A stretch of DNA of 64,000 nucleotides from Proteromonas lacertae (lineage: Eukaryota), in assembly GCA_002245135.1 (NCBI GenBank), contig NGBS01000001.1:186001-250000 (forward strand), in the 5' to 3' direction. Positions 1-13,374 of this stretch are shown here, in pieces (position 1 is the first letter of the stretch; every line of letters begins with the position of its first letter). The notes below the pieces were generated by a model, which ran no database searches, was not told the DNA's origin, and saw only the letters and a program-made list of their open reading frames with translations. The translations under genes and the position numbers were made by a program.

Positions 1-115
1 AGTTTTTATTAACAAACATTAACTTCACTTTGTTATTATAATCATTAAATGCATCCAAAATATTCCTATTGATAGTCAGATATAATTTATACTTTGAAGA
101 TTTACATTGAGACAT
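1..115 (-). CDS. Partial gene of unknown function, running off the window start
   Basis: ATG at 115 followed by a 27-nt GTATAA...TAG intron gives an open frame MSQCKSSKNILDAFNDYNNKVKLMFVNKN to the window edge. Confidence 0.35.
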   Translation of the reverse strand, partial: MSQCKSSKYKLYLTINRNILDAFNDYNNKVKLMFVNKN

Positions 116-277
116 TATTCTGTTTTACTAATTCTTTGATTTGATAAATTAATCGAGATTACTAAGATAAATATAATCAAATTTCTACAAAAATGAGTAC
201 TTCAATAGATAAATGAAAAATAAATTCAAATTTCAAACAGTTATAAGAAATTTGATCGTTTCAAATTCATTTCAAAA

Positions 278-3200
278 ATGGTTTTATCTGCAAAACCCCT
301 TTGGAAAGCAATATATGATGATTTAGTTGCTATACTGTGTTACTTTATTGAATATATTATATAGATATCATCCTATTCTTTCTGATTGTCGAAAGAACAT
401 TCTTTGTTCTCCTGTCCTAAAGTCAATATTAGGTCAGGTGCATTTAATCATTGAGTATTTATAATAATTCAGTATATTATAGTAAAATAATTACAGATGA
501 GAATAATTTGAATAGTTTATTGAAAAAAGAAGGATTTCTAGATGAATTAATGTATAATCAAATGCATGAATGGTTAAATCAAATCAATAATTTAATAAAT
601 TCACTAATTCAACCTACAGATTATGAAATTTTATTTGATTGTACTAAAAAGTTAATGAAGAGAATTGAAGCTGCATTTACTGATAATAGTTCAGAATCAT
701 TGTGTTTGGTTATATATGCATGTTGTAAAACGTAAGAAATAGCATGTTTATCTTATATTCATAGTTTATTCTCTTTCTTTCAAACAATAACTGATGAAAA
801 AATGTTATTAGCTTTATCAACTGTATACACTACAACAACACCCTTTCCAAATTGGTTAAATCGATTAGAAACTTCATTATTTCCAGATTGTGAAGATAAT
901 ATAAATGAATTGAGAAAAATAATTCATGAAATCTATTTCTTTATCAATCAACAACCTTATAAGTTATATGAATCAATTCCATTGAATTATTTCTCATCAG
1001 ATTTTGATGAAACAATGACTATTATTGATACTGTCGTATAATTATTATATTTTTGGTATAGGAAACAATAATGCGTTATTATTTAGATGAAGAACCAGAA
1101 AAAGGACAAAAATGGATAGAATTAGTCCAGAATTATATTACTCAACTAGAAAATTTCGAAAAGAGTTATGTAAAACCACCCAAAGATACTTCGTTTTCTA
1201 TTGATACATTAATAGAATATTTCAATAAAAGAGAGAAAATGGAATATGATTTAGTAGATCCAGTCGTAAAGAGTAATTTATTAAAAGGAATAGGAATGTC
1301 AACATTTATTGATTTGTCTGATAGAATATCCTTTTTATTATTATTATTATTATATTCATTTAGTATATATTTAATTCTGCTTGTAAGTTAGATTCCATCC
1401 TAATTGCTTAGAAACATTTAAACTATTACATTCAATGAAAATTACACCTCATATAATCAGTGTAAATTGGGCTAAGAATTGTATTAAAGTTCCATTAGAA
1501 AGAAGAAATATCACAGACTTCATTGTTTCATCCTGTGATTTGTTATTTGATAAAGAAAATCTTTCAACAGGAGATATTACTAAAGATATGTTGAGTGGTA
1601 TTGATAAAGTAAGAGAAATGAATAAGTATTGAATATATTCAATAACATTATTATTGTATAGAGTATTGGATAAAAACAAACCTGGTTTGTCAGTGTACAT
1701 TGGTGATGGATCGACTGATGTTTTACCTGCATTAGAAACTGATATTGGAATAATCATCTACAAATCTGAAAATCCTAGTATAATCAGTTTTTGTAATGAT
1801 TTTCATATTGAATTAAAACCATTATACAACTGTAATAGAGACAATATAAAGAAGGATAGTAATAAACCAGTATTGTATTATGTACATTCGTGGTCTGAAA
1901 TTGGTTGGTTTTTATTTGGATCAAAGTACAGTCAATATATTCAAGGTTATGAATGGATATACAATATTCCAAGAATGTTAATCATTGCTGGAAGTGATAG
2001 TGGAGGTGGCGCTGGTATTGAAGCTGATATTAAAACTTCAAGTGCATTAGGTGTATTTAGTAGTTGCTGTTTAGCTGCATTAACATCTCAAAATACTGAA
2101 GGAGTTCAAGGTATATTTACAGTACCAAAAGAGACTGTTGAAAGTCAATTGAATTCTATTCTTAGTGATATAGGTACAAATACAGTAAAAACAGGGATGT
2201 TAGGTGATATTGCATCTATTAAAGCAATTGGTAAGATGATGTTTAAATATAATATCACTAATTTAGTTATTGATCCTGTAATGGTTTCTACAAGTGGAGA
2301 TGTGTTATTACAGAAAGAATGTGTTGAAACAATTAAAGAATGTTTAGTTAGAAAAGCTTTGATTATTACTCCAAACATATATGAAGCTGGAATAATGTTA
2401 AATCGAACAGTTAATAGAAAGCTTAATGATATTAAGAAAGCTGCAGTTGAATTGCATAAACTTGGCCCAAAGTATGTTTTAGTTAAAGGAGGACATATAT
2501 CTTTTTTTATTTTTTGCTGTTGTGTTATTTTAGAGATTGTTTTTTATTATTGTAATTAGAAGATGGTAAAATGCTACTGATGTTTTATATGATGGAAATA
2601 CAATCAGATTATACACTCATCCATTTATTAATACAAATCATACTCATGGCACAGGATGTACATTAGGAAGTGCAATTGCTAGTGAAATAGCCAAAGGATA
2701 TGATGTTCCACAAGCTGTACAAAACGCAAAGAATTATATTTCTAGACTTATTGAAGAGAGTCAATATCTTCGAATTGGATTTGGCAAACAAAATCCAATG
2801 TTACATTGTATGAACAATTGTGATTGGTTATATCGTGTTATACCAAAAAGATCAATTGATTTGAGTTTATATGCTGTAATGGATCCTGATATGGATAAGA
2901 AGTGGAATAGAAAAGCATCTGAATCAGCTGAAGCAGCAATATTAGGAGGTGCAACTGTGATTCAAATGAGAGCAAAAGAATTATCAACTAATATCCTTTC
3001 TTTGTATGCTCTTTTATAGAATAATAGTGAGTTTAATTTATTGTTTTAAAGGAGTTTATAGATAATGCTTTAGAAGTTCAAAAGGTTTGTAAGAAATATA
3101 ACATTCCTTTTTTAATAAATGATAGAGTTGATATTGCAATGGCTATTAATGCCGATGGAATTCACATTGGTCAATCTGATATGCCATTGAGTTATGCTAG

Positions 3201-3596
3201 AAAATTAGTGGGAAGTTCAATGATTATTGGTGTAACAGCTGGAACAAAAGCAACTGCAATAGAAGCTGATATGAATGGTGCTGATTATATTGGAACAAAT
3301 GCAATATTTCCAACAGCGTATAAGCTCTGTTATTGTTATTATTATAATACTTAAATAGAACAAAAGAAGATAGTCCAGTGATGGGAATTGATACTTTGGA
3401 AGAAATATGTAAGAGTGTAACAATTCCAATAGTAGCAATTGGAGGTATTAAAAAGACCAATGCAGTGGAAGTTATGAAGAGTGGAGTTAATGGAATTGCT
3501 GTAGTTTCAGCATTATTTGATCAACCAGATGTGAAAGTAGCAACAGAAGAATTGAAAGAAATTGTTGAAAGATTTAAGAAAGAAAAAGAGAATTAA
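278..3596 (+). CDS. Multifunctional thiamine enzyme: TenA-like + HAD phosphatase + ThiD (HMP/HMP-P kinase) + ThiE (thiamine-phosphate synthase)
   Basis: Spliced model with 6 GT-AG and 3 AT-initiated introns. Motifs: ILYHP (TenA-like N-terminus); DFDETMT, ISVNW, GDGSTD (HAD, as in plant TH2); IAGSDSGGGAGIEADIKT, VKTGML, DPVM, KGGH, THGTGCTL (ThiD); INDRVDIA, DGIHIGQSD, GADYIG, VAIGGI (ThiE). The junction near 2555-2572 is ambiguous. Confidence 0.88.
1326..1386 (+). other. U12-like intron, AT-AA, 61 nt
   Basis: AGA|ATATCCTTT...TTTAAT-11nt ending TTGTAA|GTT AGA TTC. Removal joins SDR to VRFHPNCLETF in frame. Confidence 0.8.
2497..2555 (+). other. U12-like intron, AT-AA, 59 nt (alternative 3' end at 2569, also AA)
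   Basis: KGGH CAT|ATATCTTTT...TTGTAA|TTA GAA GAT GGT restores KGGHL but needs one extra base in the following A-run. Splicing to GGTAA| at 2569 is in frame but deletes the linker. Confidence 0.65.
2991..3049 (+). other. U12-like intron, AT-AA, 59 nt
   Basis: ACT A|ATATCCTTT...TTTAAT-12nt ending TTTTAA|AG GAG TTT gives ELSTKEF, matching the ThiE ST(R/K)EF stretch. Confidence 0.8.
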
Positions 3597-3699
3597 TAAT
3601 AGAAGATTCTTATATTTGTTTTTGTTGAATTATTTATTTGAATGAAAAATAAGAAAGAAAAATGAAGAATATATAAAATATATTTTAGTTTTTATAGAA

Positions 3700-5353
3700 T
3701 TATTTCTTATATAAGAATGCCAATCCAGCAATACCAGCAAACATTAGAATAACCAAACCACCAAATATAATCAACCAAACTTGACCATCCATATCTATAT
3801 ATATATAATAATTATAGTAACATTATACTATTCTTAATAATAGAAGCTACATTAATGCTACTATCAAGTGATCCAGTTACTAAACATCCTCTAAATGATA
3901 AGTTATCATCTTTTGGGAATAAAACTCCACAGGTAGCTGGTAAATCATGAGCTTCTTCTCTTACAATATTCTCTGATAATTCTTTATTATAAATTCCAAC
4001 ACTTCCATTATTTGTACCAATTCCAATGAAGTTCATTTCAGGACTAATATATAATATAATATATATATATACTTTACAACGACAGTTGTAATAGATTTAT
4101 TACTTGGTGCTTCTCTTGATAATATATAATCAACAGTTGGATTATTTATATCATCCCTAAAGTTCAAATTATACTATTTAATAAAATAATTAATGAAATA
4201 ATATTATACACAAACAATATATCCTTTCCTCGCAGATGTATAGGAACATACCAACTCATTCTCTGATAAAAATTTCCCTTTCTTTAATATTGTCTTTATT
4301 GGAGTATTACTATCATCAACTTCAATATGAGGTGGTTCTAACACTAACGTAGTTGCTAAATTCTTTGATCTTAAGTTTATTAATTCACAATAACCATCTT
4401 CATATATTACGCTTAAATATTCATAGGATGGATTGAAGGACATATCTTTTACTGAGCTTTGTCTATGGTTGATTTCTCGTATATATTTTAAACTATATCT
4501 ATATCTATCAATAGGTTTAGCTTCTTCTACTTCTTCTTCTTCTGCATTTTCTTCATTTTTTGGTTTTTCTTCTTCTTGCACTTCTTCCTTTTTACCTTTC
4601 TTTGATTTCTTACTCTTTTTATCTTTATTGTTATTCTGTTGCTGTTGTTGTTGTTGTTGTTCGTTATTTGGACTATCTGTATCTATTTTTTCTTTTTGAA
4701 TTGACCATAGTTTTATTGTACCATCACTTAATCCAGTTGCTATGATACTATTATCATTGGAAAAACAACTGATTTTTTGCTCAATTTTAGAATTTTCTGC
4801 TACTGTTGCTTGTTCACAATCAATTGACATACTATTCATTTATAAGTTGCAAAAATAGTGTAGTCATACTATAATAAGTCATCTTTAACACTAATTGAAC
4901 AAATATGAATCTTACTTTTAGATGATAATGCAATCAATGAACCCTATTAAATTTATAATTACAGCCAATTAAAATACATCTTGAGAAGCACTTACATTAG
5001 AAATATATAGATTTTCTGTATCACAATGTATTAAAGTTTGCATTTCTAAACATTCTGATTCATCATCTCTCCATAAAGAAATTACTCTCTATTATAAATT
5101 AAATAATTATTGCTATACAACAAAATTTTTGATTCCAGTCTTTGCAGCACCTCCACCACAGCTCAAACAAATAAGATCTCTGTCGCCTATAATATATTTG
5201 GATTAAAATACCAACAATATCTAGAATTGTCTCATTTGGATGCAAAATTGTCATTGATGTAACTGGACTAGGCACACCAATTCTGTTGTATCCACCATCA
5301 GTAATAGACGATTCATTTTTTTGAACTGGCTTTTTTTCAGCTTCAGAAGACAT
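3700..5353 (-). CDS. SEC12: Sec12/PREB-like WD40 guanine-nucleotide exchange factor for Sar1
   Basis: After splicing 7 GT-AG introns: CGGGAAKTGIKN signature, WD40 repeats, AHDLPAT...TGSLD last blade, C-terminal transmembrane helix, internal poly-Q/acidic insert. Confidence 0.8.
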
Positions 5354-5409
5354 TCAAACTTATTTAAAACGAGTGAAACGGATATATAATAATTGCATTT
5401 CAGTCTTTA

Positions 5410-6231
5410 ATGTCAACTGTAGTAACAGGTATAGTTAACAAAATTTATATTATAGATCCTATCGCCTTGACTGTAGCTGGTGTTGTTGTAACAGCTTGTT
5501 CTTACCTATTTTGGAAATACACAACTTCAAAAACTGAAGCTAGTATTTTGAATATAGCTGATGAATTTGTTGCACCTAAAAAAGTTAAACCAACCATTAG
5601 TGCAGAAGAGAGAGAAAGAATTGCCAGAGAAAGAGAAGAAGCTGAAGCTGAATTACAAGAAAGAATTAAAGCTGCTAAAGAACAAGATAAGGCTATTAAG
5701 AACCAACAACAAGAGGAGTTAAAGCAATACAAAATTCTTGCTGCTGAAGAGAATAGAAGAGTAGCTGAGATAAAAAGAAGAAAGGAAATGAACAAGAAGC
5801 TTGAAGAACAAAGACAAAGAGAAGCTTCCGAAAAGAAAATCCAACAACAATTAGCTGAAAGATTAGCTAAACAAGAAGCTGAAAGAAAACGAAAAGAAGA
5901 TTATCAAAAAAGAAAGGAGCAACAAGCTAAGGAACGTGCTGAAAGAGAGCAAAGAAAGAAGGAAAGAGAACAACAACGTATTGAAAGAGAAGAGCAAAGA
6001 AAGATAAAACAAGCTGAATATGAAGCTCGTCAAGAAGAAAAGAAGAAGAGATTTGAAGAAAGACAAAAACAAAGAGAAGAAAGAGAAAAAGCTAAGAGAG
6101 AACAGAATGAAACATCAAACAATGATTCTTCTGAAAATACCCAAGAAACTGAACAACCTAAACAAGAAGAAGAGCAACAACAACAAAATGAAGTTACTGA
6201 ACCAGTAGCTGTTGAAAATACTACAGACTAA
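5410..6231 (+). CDS. N-terminally membrane-anchored charged coiled-coil protein
   Basis: Hydrophobic IALTVAGVVVTACSYLFW then an E/K/R/Q-rich helix. Probable in-frame 27-nt intron at 5429-5455. Confidence 0.7.
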   Translation: MSTVVTGIVNKIYIIDPIALTVAGVVVTACSYLFWKYTTSKTEASILNIADEFVAPKKVKPTISAEERERIAREREEAEAELQERIKAAKEQDKAIKNQQQEELKQYKILAAEENRRVAEIKRRKEMNKKLEEQRQREASEKKIQQQLAERLAKQEAERKRKEDYQKRKEQQAKERAEREQRKKEREQQRIEREEQRKIKQAEYEARQEEKKKRFEERQKQREEREKAKREQNETSNNDSSENTQETEQPKQEEEQQQQNEVTEPVAVENTTD

Positions 6232-6346
6232 ACAAATTTTGATGTAATTATAATAATGTTATGTGTACAAATCACAAAAGATAAAAATGCGTTATTTTAA
6301 ATCTGTAAGTATTATTTTAATGTAGTTGTAGTTGTTATTATTATAA

Positions 6347-9063
6347 CTAATCACTAAGTTCATCATCATCAACGCTTTTGCTATTATTAGAAATAACTGC
6401 TTGACTTTTATATAGATCAGCGATTTGTTGAGAGGATGTTGCATTTTCTGGCTTCTTATCATCTCTGGTTCTTATAAATCGAGGAAATCTCAACGCAATT
6501 CCTTTTTCTTTATCAACTAAACCAGTTGCTGCTTTATGAATAGGACTAATAGACAAATCAGCAGCTTTTATTTCCCATACAACTTTAGTGTCAAACCATT
6601 TATCTGGTAATAATGAATCATCATAAATATAATTCTCTCCAGGATTATCAATTACATGTTTTTGCATTTCAGTACCTAATACTTTAAGATCATCATCAGA
6701 AAATCCAGTTCCAATCTAATCATATAATAATATACAAATAACAAAAAAATAAAATACTTTACAGATTGATTGATATTCATCATTATCTGGATCATAACAA
6801 GCTAATAAGTAAGCTCCATATACTCCTGTTCTTTTACCTCTACCATCATAAGCTCCAATTGGAACTAAATCAATGGAATCACCAATCTTATCCATATAAT
6901 CTTTCTTCAATTTCAACCAATTCAAAGATCTTTTTGATGGTTCATATTGAGCATTTTCGTATAATGTTTTTACCATTAAACCTTCACAACTATTCTTTAC
7001 AGATTCGTTCAAGAAATCAAGCATGTCATCTGTATTATCACACTATTAATTATAAAATACATAATAGTAATTAATATTTATACTTCTTTATGTGTAGCAA
7101 ACATCAATTTACCTTCAACTGGTTTGAAATGTTCATGTAACATATTTCTTCTTTTATCAAAAGATTCTTTCAATAAACTTTCTCCATTAAAATACAATAA
7201 ATCAAATGCCATTATTATAACTTGAACTGTTATATTCTCAGTAGAAACATCTTTTCTTGCTCTTGTTGATAGTATTTGAAATGGTAATAATTGCTTCTTT
7301 ACTCTATCCCAAGCTACAACTTCACTATCAATAACGAATGATTTTATCTCAGGAGATACATTAGTCTTTAAAAATTCTATTAAATCAGGATATTTACCAG
7401 TTTGATTCTCAGAATTACGAGAGAAGATTCTATACTCTCCATTTTCAGTTTTATGAATTTGAGCTCTTTCTCCATCGTATTTATATTCACAAGTAAACTT
7501 AATACCATTAAATCTATCTAATACTTCTGTAATTCCTTTGGTTGGTTTAGCCAACATAGGCTTGATTGGTATTCCTGGAGTTAAACAACACTGTTCTAAT
7601 AAATGATCAATTCCTGATTCTAATAATAATGGAATAATCTTATCAAATGTTGGCATTTCATTATATGCTTGTTTGACTATTTCTTCACATTCTTCTTTGG
7701 ATATTTTCTTATTGTCATTCATTGATTTCTTATACATTGCATCTCCTAATGAAATTAATACAGACTGCAAAGCCAAACCAATTCTAAGTTTGCCTTGTAA
7801 AGCTCTTACTATATACCTGCTTTCACATTCTCTACTAGCAACTAATAACTTTTGTATATAACCAACTTTTTTATCTACACTATTCTGACCTGATGATATT
7901 GCTATGTTTTTGAATTCTTTAAACACATTTCTTACAGTTAAAGGTGCTGGAGCAAAAAGCATTCTTTGTGTTGTTTTACTACTTTCAGCTACAACTCCTA
8001 AATCACCTGAGTCTTTATAATTATTTTCAATTGTATCTTTTGTACTTCCTGTCGCTTGGGCTATTGATTTAATAATGTATGAATCTCCAATTCCTAATTC
8101 AACACCATCAAATGCTGGAGCTACTTGATTACAACATAAATAAACAGATGGTAATAAATCTTCAGGTGTCTTTTCAATTACTTTATAGAAAAAATTACTT
8201 AAATATTGTTGTATTTGTAATCTTTTTGTTGTTTTTTCCATTTTTTCAAATGTATGTGATAATGAGAGATATGGAACTCTATTCAATAATTATTATTGTA
8301 TTATATATATATACGGTTCATTCTTTTTCCAACTATATTTCTTTTCTTCTTCATCATCATATTCAATATCATTATTATCACCTTTATCTTTTAACACATC
8401 ATTTATTGTTTTAGTTGTTTTACTCTTTTTTGTCTTTTTAGTTTTTATTTCTTCTTCTTCTTCTTCTTCCATCTTCAATGATGAAGTTTCTTTTTCTTCC
8501 TCTTCTTCTTTTTTATCTTTTTCTGCATCTGAATCTGATAAATCTTCCATTTCATCATCTTCTTTCTTTGTTTCTTCTACTTTCTTTTCTTTTTTAGATG
8601 ATTTATCTTTTCTAGGTGTTTGTTTTTTAGGAGTTTTCTCTTTCTTAGGTGATTTTGATGTTCTTGGTTTCTTCTTTTCAGGGATTTCTTTTATTTCTGA
8701 TTCTGTATTTGAATGACTAAAAAAATAATCTATTAATAATACTTCTGCCTTTTCATTGGTATAATTTCTTCATCATCACTATCTTCTAGTTCATATTCTT
8801 TGTCTTTAGGTACTTTTGGTCTATCTACCGTTTTTACTATTTTTACTTTCTCTTTCACTTCTTCTACTTTTTTAACTTCTTCTTGTTCTTTTATAAAATT
8901 CTTTTCATTATTTTCTGTTGCAGCAGGCGAACTGACAGGTTTAAAGAAAGATCTACAATGTAAACTCTTTATTAATCATACGATAATGATGCTTGGCCTA
9001 TGATCTTTGTGTTATCTACAATGTGATATTACAATGGCAATTTATACTCTGTTTCTTTGGCAT
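6347..9063 (-). CDS. LIG1: DNA ligase I
   Basis: [12 protein letters not shown] (motif I), [22 protein letters not shown]-terminal PIP-box-like QASLSSFF; 6 GT-AG introns. Confidence 0.96.
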
Positions 9064-9239
9064 TTTATTAATTTCTATTTGGCGCTTTTTTAAAAAAACG
9101 AATATTTTTTTATTTTGTCAAACCATCAAACCTCGAGCTAAATGATTAAGTTCGTTTAGTTACTCCCAAAATGTTTGATTAACAATACATTCCAATTTAA
9201 AGCCCAATTGCATTTATTTTAGAGTGTTGTTTTTAGAGA

Positions 9240-9587
9240 ATGGTATGAATTATAAATATCTTTTCAATTTCATTATATTCTATATTATAGTATGATTTAT
9301 TAAACCCAACATATGCCGAGGAATGTAGAAGACACAAGTTAAAGAGATTAGTACAAAGCCCTAATAGTTACTTTATGGATGTAAAATGCCAAGGATGCTT
9401 TGAAATGTATTTGATCTATTTTTTATTCGATTAGCACAACAGTATTCAGTCATGCTCAAACTGTTGTTGTATGCAAAGGGTATAACATTTTATTTTTAAT
9501 CTAATTAGTTGCAACACAATTTTATGCACACCAACAGGAGGAAAAGTAAAGTTAAGTGAAAACTGTTCATTCAGAAAGAAAAATTAA
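9240..9587 (+). CDS. RPS27: 40S ribosomal protein S27 (eS27)
   Basis: After 3 introns: DLLNP...[23 protein letters not shown]...[15 protein letters not shown]...LCTPTGGK. Confidence 0.96.
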
Positions 9588-9707
9588 ATAATTTTAATTT
9601 TATCATTGTAAAGGGGCTTTAATAATGTTTTTCTTTGGATTAGTTTTTTTACAGCTCATTAATCACAAAAATCTAAACAAAAAAATAAAACATAATAGTT
9701 GTGGTTA

Positions 9708-11341
9708 TTAATTCGGAGAGTATTTCAACATCTTCATTGATGTTTTCGCTAATATATCTGAGATAAACTGAAGAGTGTCACAATCAAGATCATTTATCAT
9801 ATTATACTTATCAGATGATAATATGATTGGAAAACCAAGATTACTGTTCAAAATTTCTAATCCTTCTTCTGTATTACCATACTTAGCAAGTAATTTCCCA
9901 GTATTATAAAACATAACATATTCATTTTTCATTACTATTGGTAATAGAAATGATCTAATATATTTATGAACAGCTTCTCTCTCTTCAATGTTTTTATCAT
10001 CTTTCCTTATTACTAACCAATCATTACTCTCATAAATCTCTTCACTGCATTTAGATCTATAGTTGAATATATGATTTTTTAACTCATTCATTACATCTGT
10101 TGTTATTTCATTATTCTTCTTTAAACTGTCTTTTGTAGTTTTAAGTAATTTGTTCCATTCATCAAATATATCACTTAACTCGAAAAATATCTTTATATCA
10201 TAATAATCATTAAAATCATATTGAATATCTTCAGATGTAAATTCTTCTTCTTTAACTTCATTCACCAATTCTTCAGTAATAAAACCATAAAAGTCTTTTG
10301 CTTTTGATAAATTTAAATCTAACAAAAACAATCTAACATAAGAAACTAGACCAACAAAATAATCAGGTCTTGATTCTTTATTATCATTAAACCATCCTAA
10401 CAAATTGTAAAAAGAAATTAAAAAAACTAAAACAATGAAATAAATCTATAATATTATATAAAAAAAAGATATAGATGGATCAATAGCTTTATCTGCATTG
10501 ATATTAATATTCACTTTCTTAGTAAGTAATTCTTTTAACCTTGTATCTATTTCTCTATCTAGTATATCCCTTAACACATATTCAGCTGCATTACCAAAGT
10601 ATCTTAAGAAACTTGTATATATTTGGTTTTTCATGTCTTGACTTATATCATTATTTTGGGTATAAGTATATAAATATTCTTTTAATACATCATCTCTTTC
10701 TTCAAAGGTTAAACATGAGATATAATAAGCTGTAAAATCATGCTATTTATAATATAAAACAATATATATATATACCAATTGTAGACTGAATAAATAATAG
10801 AAATAATTCTTTATAATATTGTTAAACTTCTCTTCATCCAATATTTCACTGAATAAACAAAGTCTTTCTTTTTGATTTTCATTCTCAGAATCACTATTAT
10901 TGTCATTATTATTAGATGATTCATTCTGCATATTCTTCATTCTTATCATTATATAAAAGTGAGTAACAAAACCAATATATTTCTCATTCACTGTATCATC
11001 ATCATTTACTGCTAATTCATATAATTTATCATACAATTCTGTATATTGTTCATTATAAATATATCTTTGAATCTCATGAAAAGTTGATTCTTTGTTATAA
11101 TCTTCATATTTATTCTGATATTGTGATAAATAACTATTAATATCATCTTGATATAATTTAATATTATCAAAATATTCATTAAAATGACTTCTACTTTCAC
11201 ATGATTGGCTTATTTGTGTTTGCAAGCTTTTCATTAATTCATATTCTAGTTTAACTCTTTTATCAACCCATTCAATATCTTCCCATGTCTTTATATAAGG
11301 ACTTTGTAATAGAATATCAACAGAATTACTTACACTATTTC

Positions 11342-11377
<36 letters not shown>

Positions 11378-12711
11378 TATACGATCCATATATTACTCTT
11401 TCTAATTCTGTAATTTCTTCATCTTTATTCTCTTGTGGAGAATTCTCAGCTATTTTTCTGTTCATTAGTTTTGTAAATATGTAATTCCTATTACCTATTC
11501 GGTTTCTATTCTCATCATAGTGAAGTGGAATTGCTATTAAAAATAGTTATAATATATATATATATTATACTACTTGCTAACATTGGTATTCTAAAATATG
11601 AACCTGTTTGTTTGCATGATTCAATTGCTTCATCAATAGTACCACCTCTAATATTATAGAAAATTGATTTAAGTAAGTTTATTTCATTCTTTGAATCATT
11701 ATCATACAATTTTACATCTATAATTATATAATAATAATGATAAATACTATTTCTATTAACATCATCTGGGTCATATTCCATTCCTTTATCATTTACTAGT
11801 GTTTGAGCATAATAAAATGGTATAGTATGATTATTAACTGATATATTGAATAAATAAGTTGGTGGTTTATCATATATTGATTCTAACCATTTAATATAAG
11901 CATTTGTTCTTATATTATTTCTTTGATGAAGTGAATTTTGATAGATATCATAATCACATGCTAAATCAGTACTATTTATTGTCTTATATTTATATTCATT
12001 GTATTCTTTCTCTGCTTCTTCCATGAGTTCTAGTAATTTCCAAGTATTTCTTTCATTGTGTAATAATTCTATTCTTTCTTTTTTCATTTCTTCTGTTAAT
12101 TCAAATGGTGATGGCTTACTTAAGATATTTCTTTCTGTTAGAGAATTTATTGCTTTCATACAACCCTCCTATTGTTATTATATAATAATCAATATACAAT
12201 TAACACTTGATATCTCATTAAAAGTGATTCAAATGAATCATCTGAAACAGCTTGATAAGATTTGATGAATTCTGGGTATTGTAATGAATATGTCTTTTCT
12301 GCATCTGATAATTTATCATAATCATCTGTAGTTATGTCTAAATCTAAAAGATTATTGGTTGATTTATCTAAATAATGTAACATTCTAACGACATACATGT
12401 TTCCGATTTACTTTTATTACTTTTATTGTCATCATTATCATCTTCTTCCATTTTATTCTCATTCTTATGAGTTTTATTGGTATTTGTTTCTATATCTGTT
12501 CTAGAATCCGATCCAGATTCAGTTTCAGATTCTTCTTCATTAATTGGATTTAATGTTTCTCTATGGAATAATGCAGACGGAAAGTCTTCTTTATTCTGCT
12601 CATCTTCTTCCATTGGATATTTGAACTGCAAAATAGCAAATTATAATATACATCATCAACACTGTCAAGTGTTTGAAGAATCTTTTCATATGCAGACTTC
12701 ACACTACTCAT
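9708..12711 (-). CDS. NUP107: Nucleoporin Nup107/Nup84-like
   Basis: ERNTWKLL, KWLE, YDPD, IFYNIRGG...AIESC, ERVIYG, TWED motifs of the Nup84/Nup107 family; 7 GT-AG introns plus 1 AT-AC intron. Confidence 0.75.
10407..10472 (-). other. U12-type intron, AT-AC, 66 nt
   Basis: Minus strand TCT|ATATCTTTT...TTTTTAAT TTCTTTTTAC|AAT TTG TTA GGA TGG joins ORFs 10446-10634 and 9708-10403 in frame. Confidence 0.85.
11342..11377. repeat. (TAA)n microsatellite inside a NUP107 intron
   Basis: About 12 tandem ATA/TAA units directly visible. Confidence 0.85.
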
Positions 12712-12754
12712 TTTAAATTTCAATGGCTCGAATGACGGCTTGAATTAGTGAAAA

Positions 12755-13297
12755 ATGTCAAATCGAAAAGTGAAGAAAGGAGCTTTTAGTGATGTATAAT
12801 ATTTTGCTATAAAATTTATAGGGTAAACTAAAAGCAATTGCACAAGAAAGCAGAGATGTCGGTAAAATATCAAAAGATTGTTATCCTCTTTTAAGTATAC
12901 TTAAAATTTTGTATTGAAGATGATTCTCTTGATGGATTTATAAGAAAATTAGTAGAACTATCAAAAATAGAAGCAGAAAAAATAAATTCAAATTCACTCT
13001 CTTATTCTTTATTGTATTCAGCACTTTACTTAATTATCGAATAGAGACAAGGCTATACAAAGTAATGCAATATTAAAACCTTTATTTGAATTAAGAGATT
13101 CACCACAGAAAAGAATAATTGATATAGATACTAAAATAGAAGTAAAGAAACCGAAATATATCATTGAACCATCTCAAAATACACAAAATATACCAGAAAG
13201 CGATATGAAAACACCTGAAATTCTATTGAAAAACAATTTAATACCAGATTATCACAATCAATGGAATTTTGCAATAAGTGATGATTATAGTCTTTAG
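12755..13297 (+). CDS. Histone-fold protein, NC2-alpha (DRAP1/Bur6)-like
   Basis: After 3 introns: FSDGKLKAIAQESRDVGKISKDCYPLLNDSLDGFIRKLV...SLSYSLLDKAIQSN, resembling the NC2-alpha/NF-YC H2A-like fold. Confidence 0.6.
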
Positions 13298-13374
13298 ATA
13301 CATTCTACAATCATTTATAAAAACAACAATATAATTTAAAAATAAGTAAAATATAATGTTATAATGTATTTCTA

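Noticed and set aside
4219..4229. ATATCCTTTCC on the + strand, a perfect U12 donor
   Set aside because: It is antisense to a SEC12 coding exon (RKGYI), and no + strand gene lies here.
12368..12398. Apparent frameshift in NUP107
   Set aside because: Resolved by a normal 29-nt GTATGT...TTAG intron.
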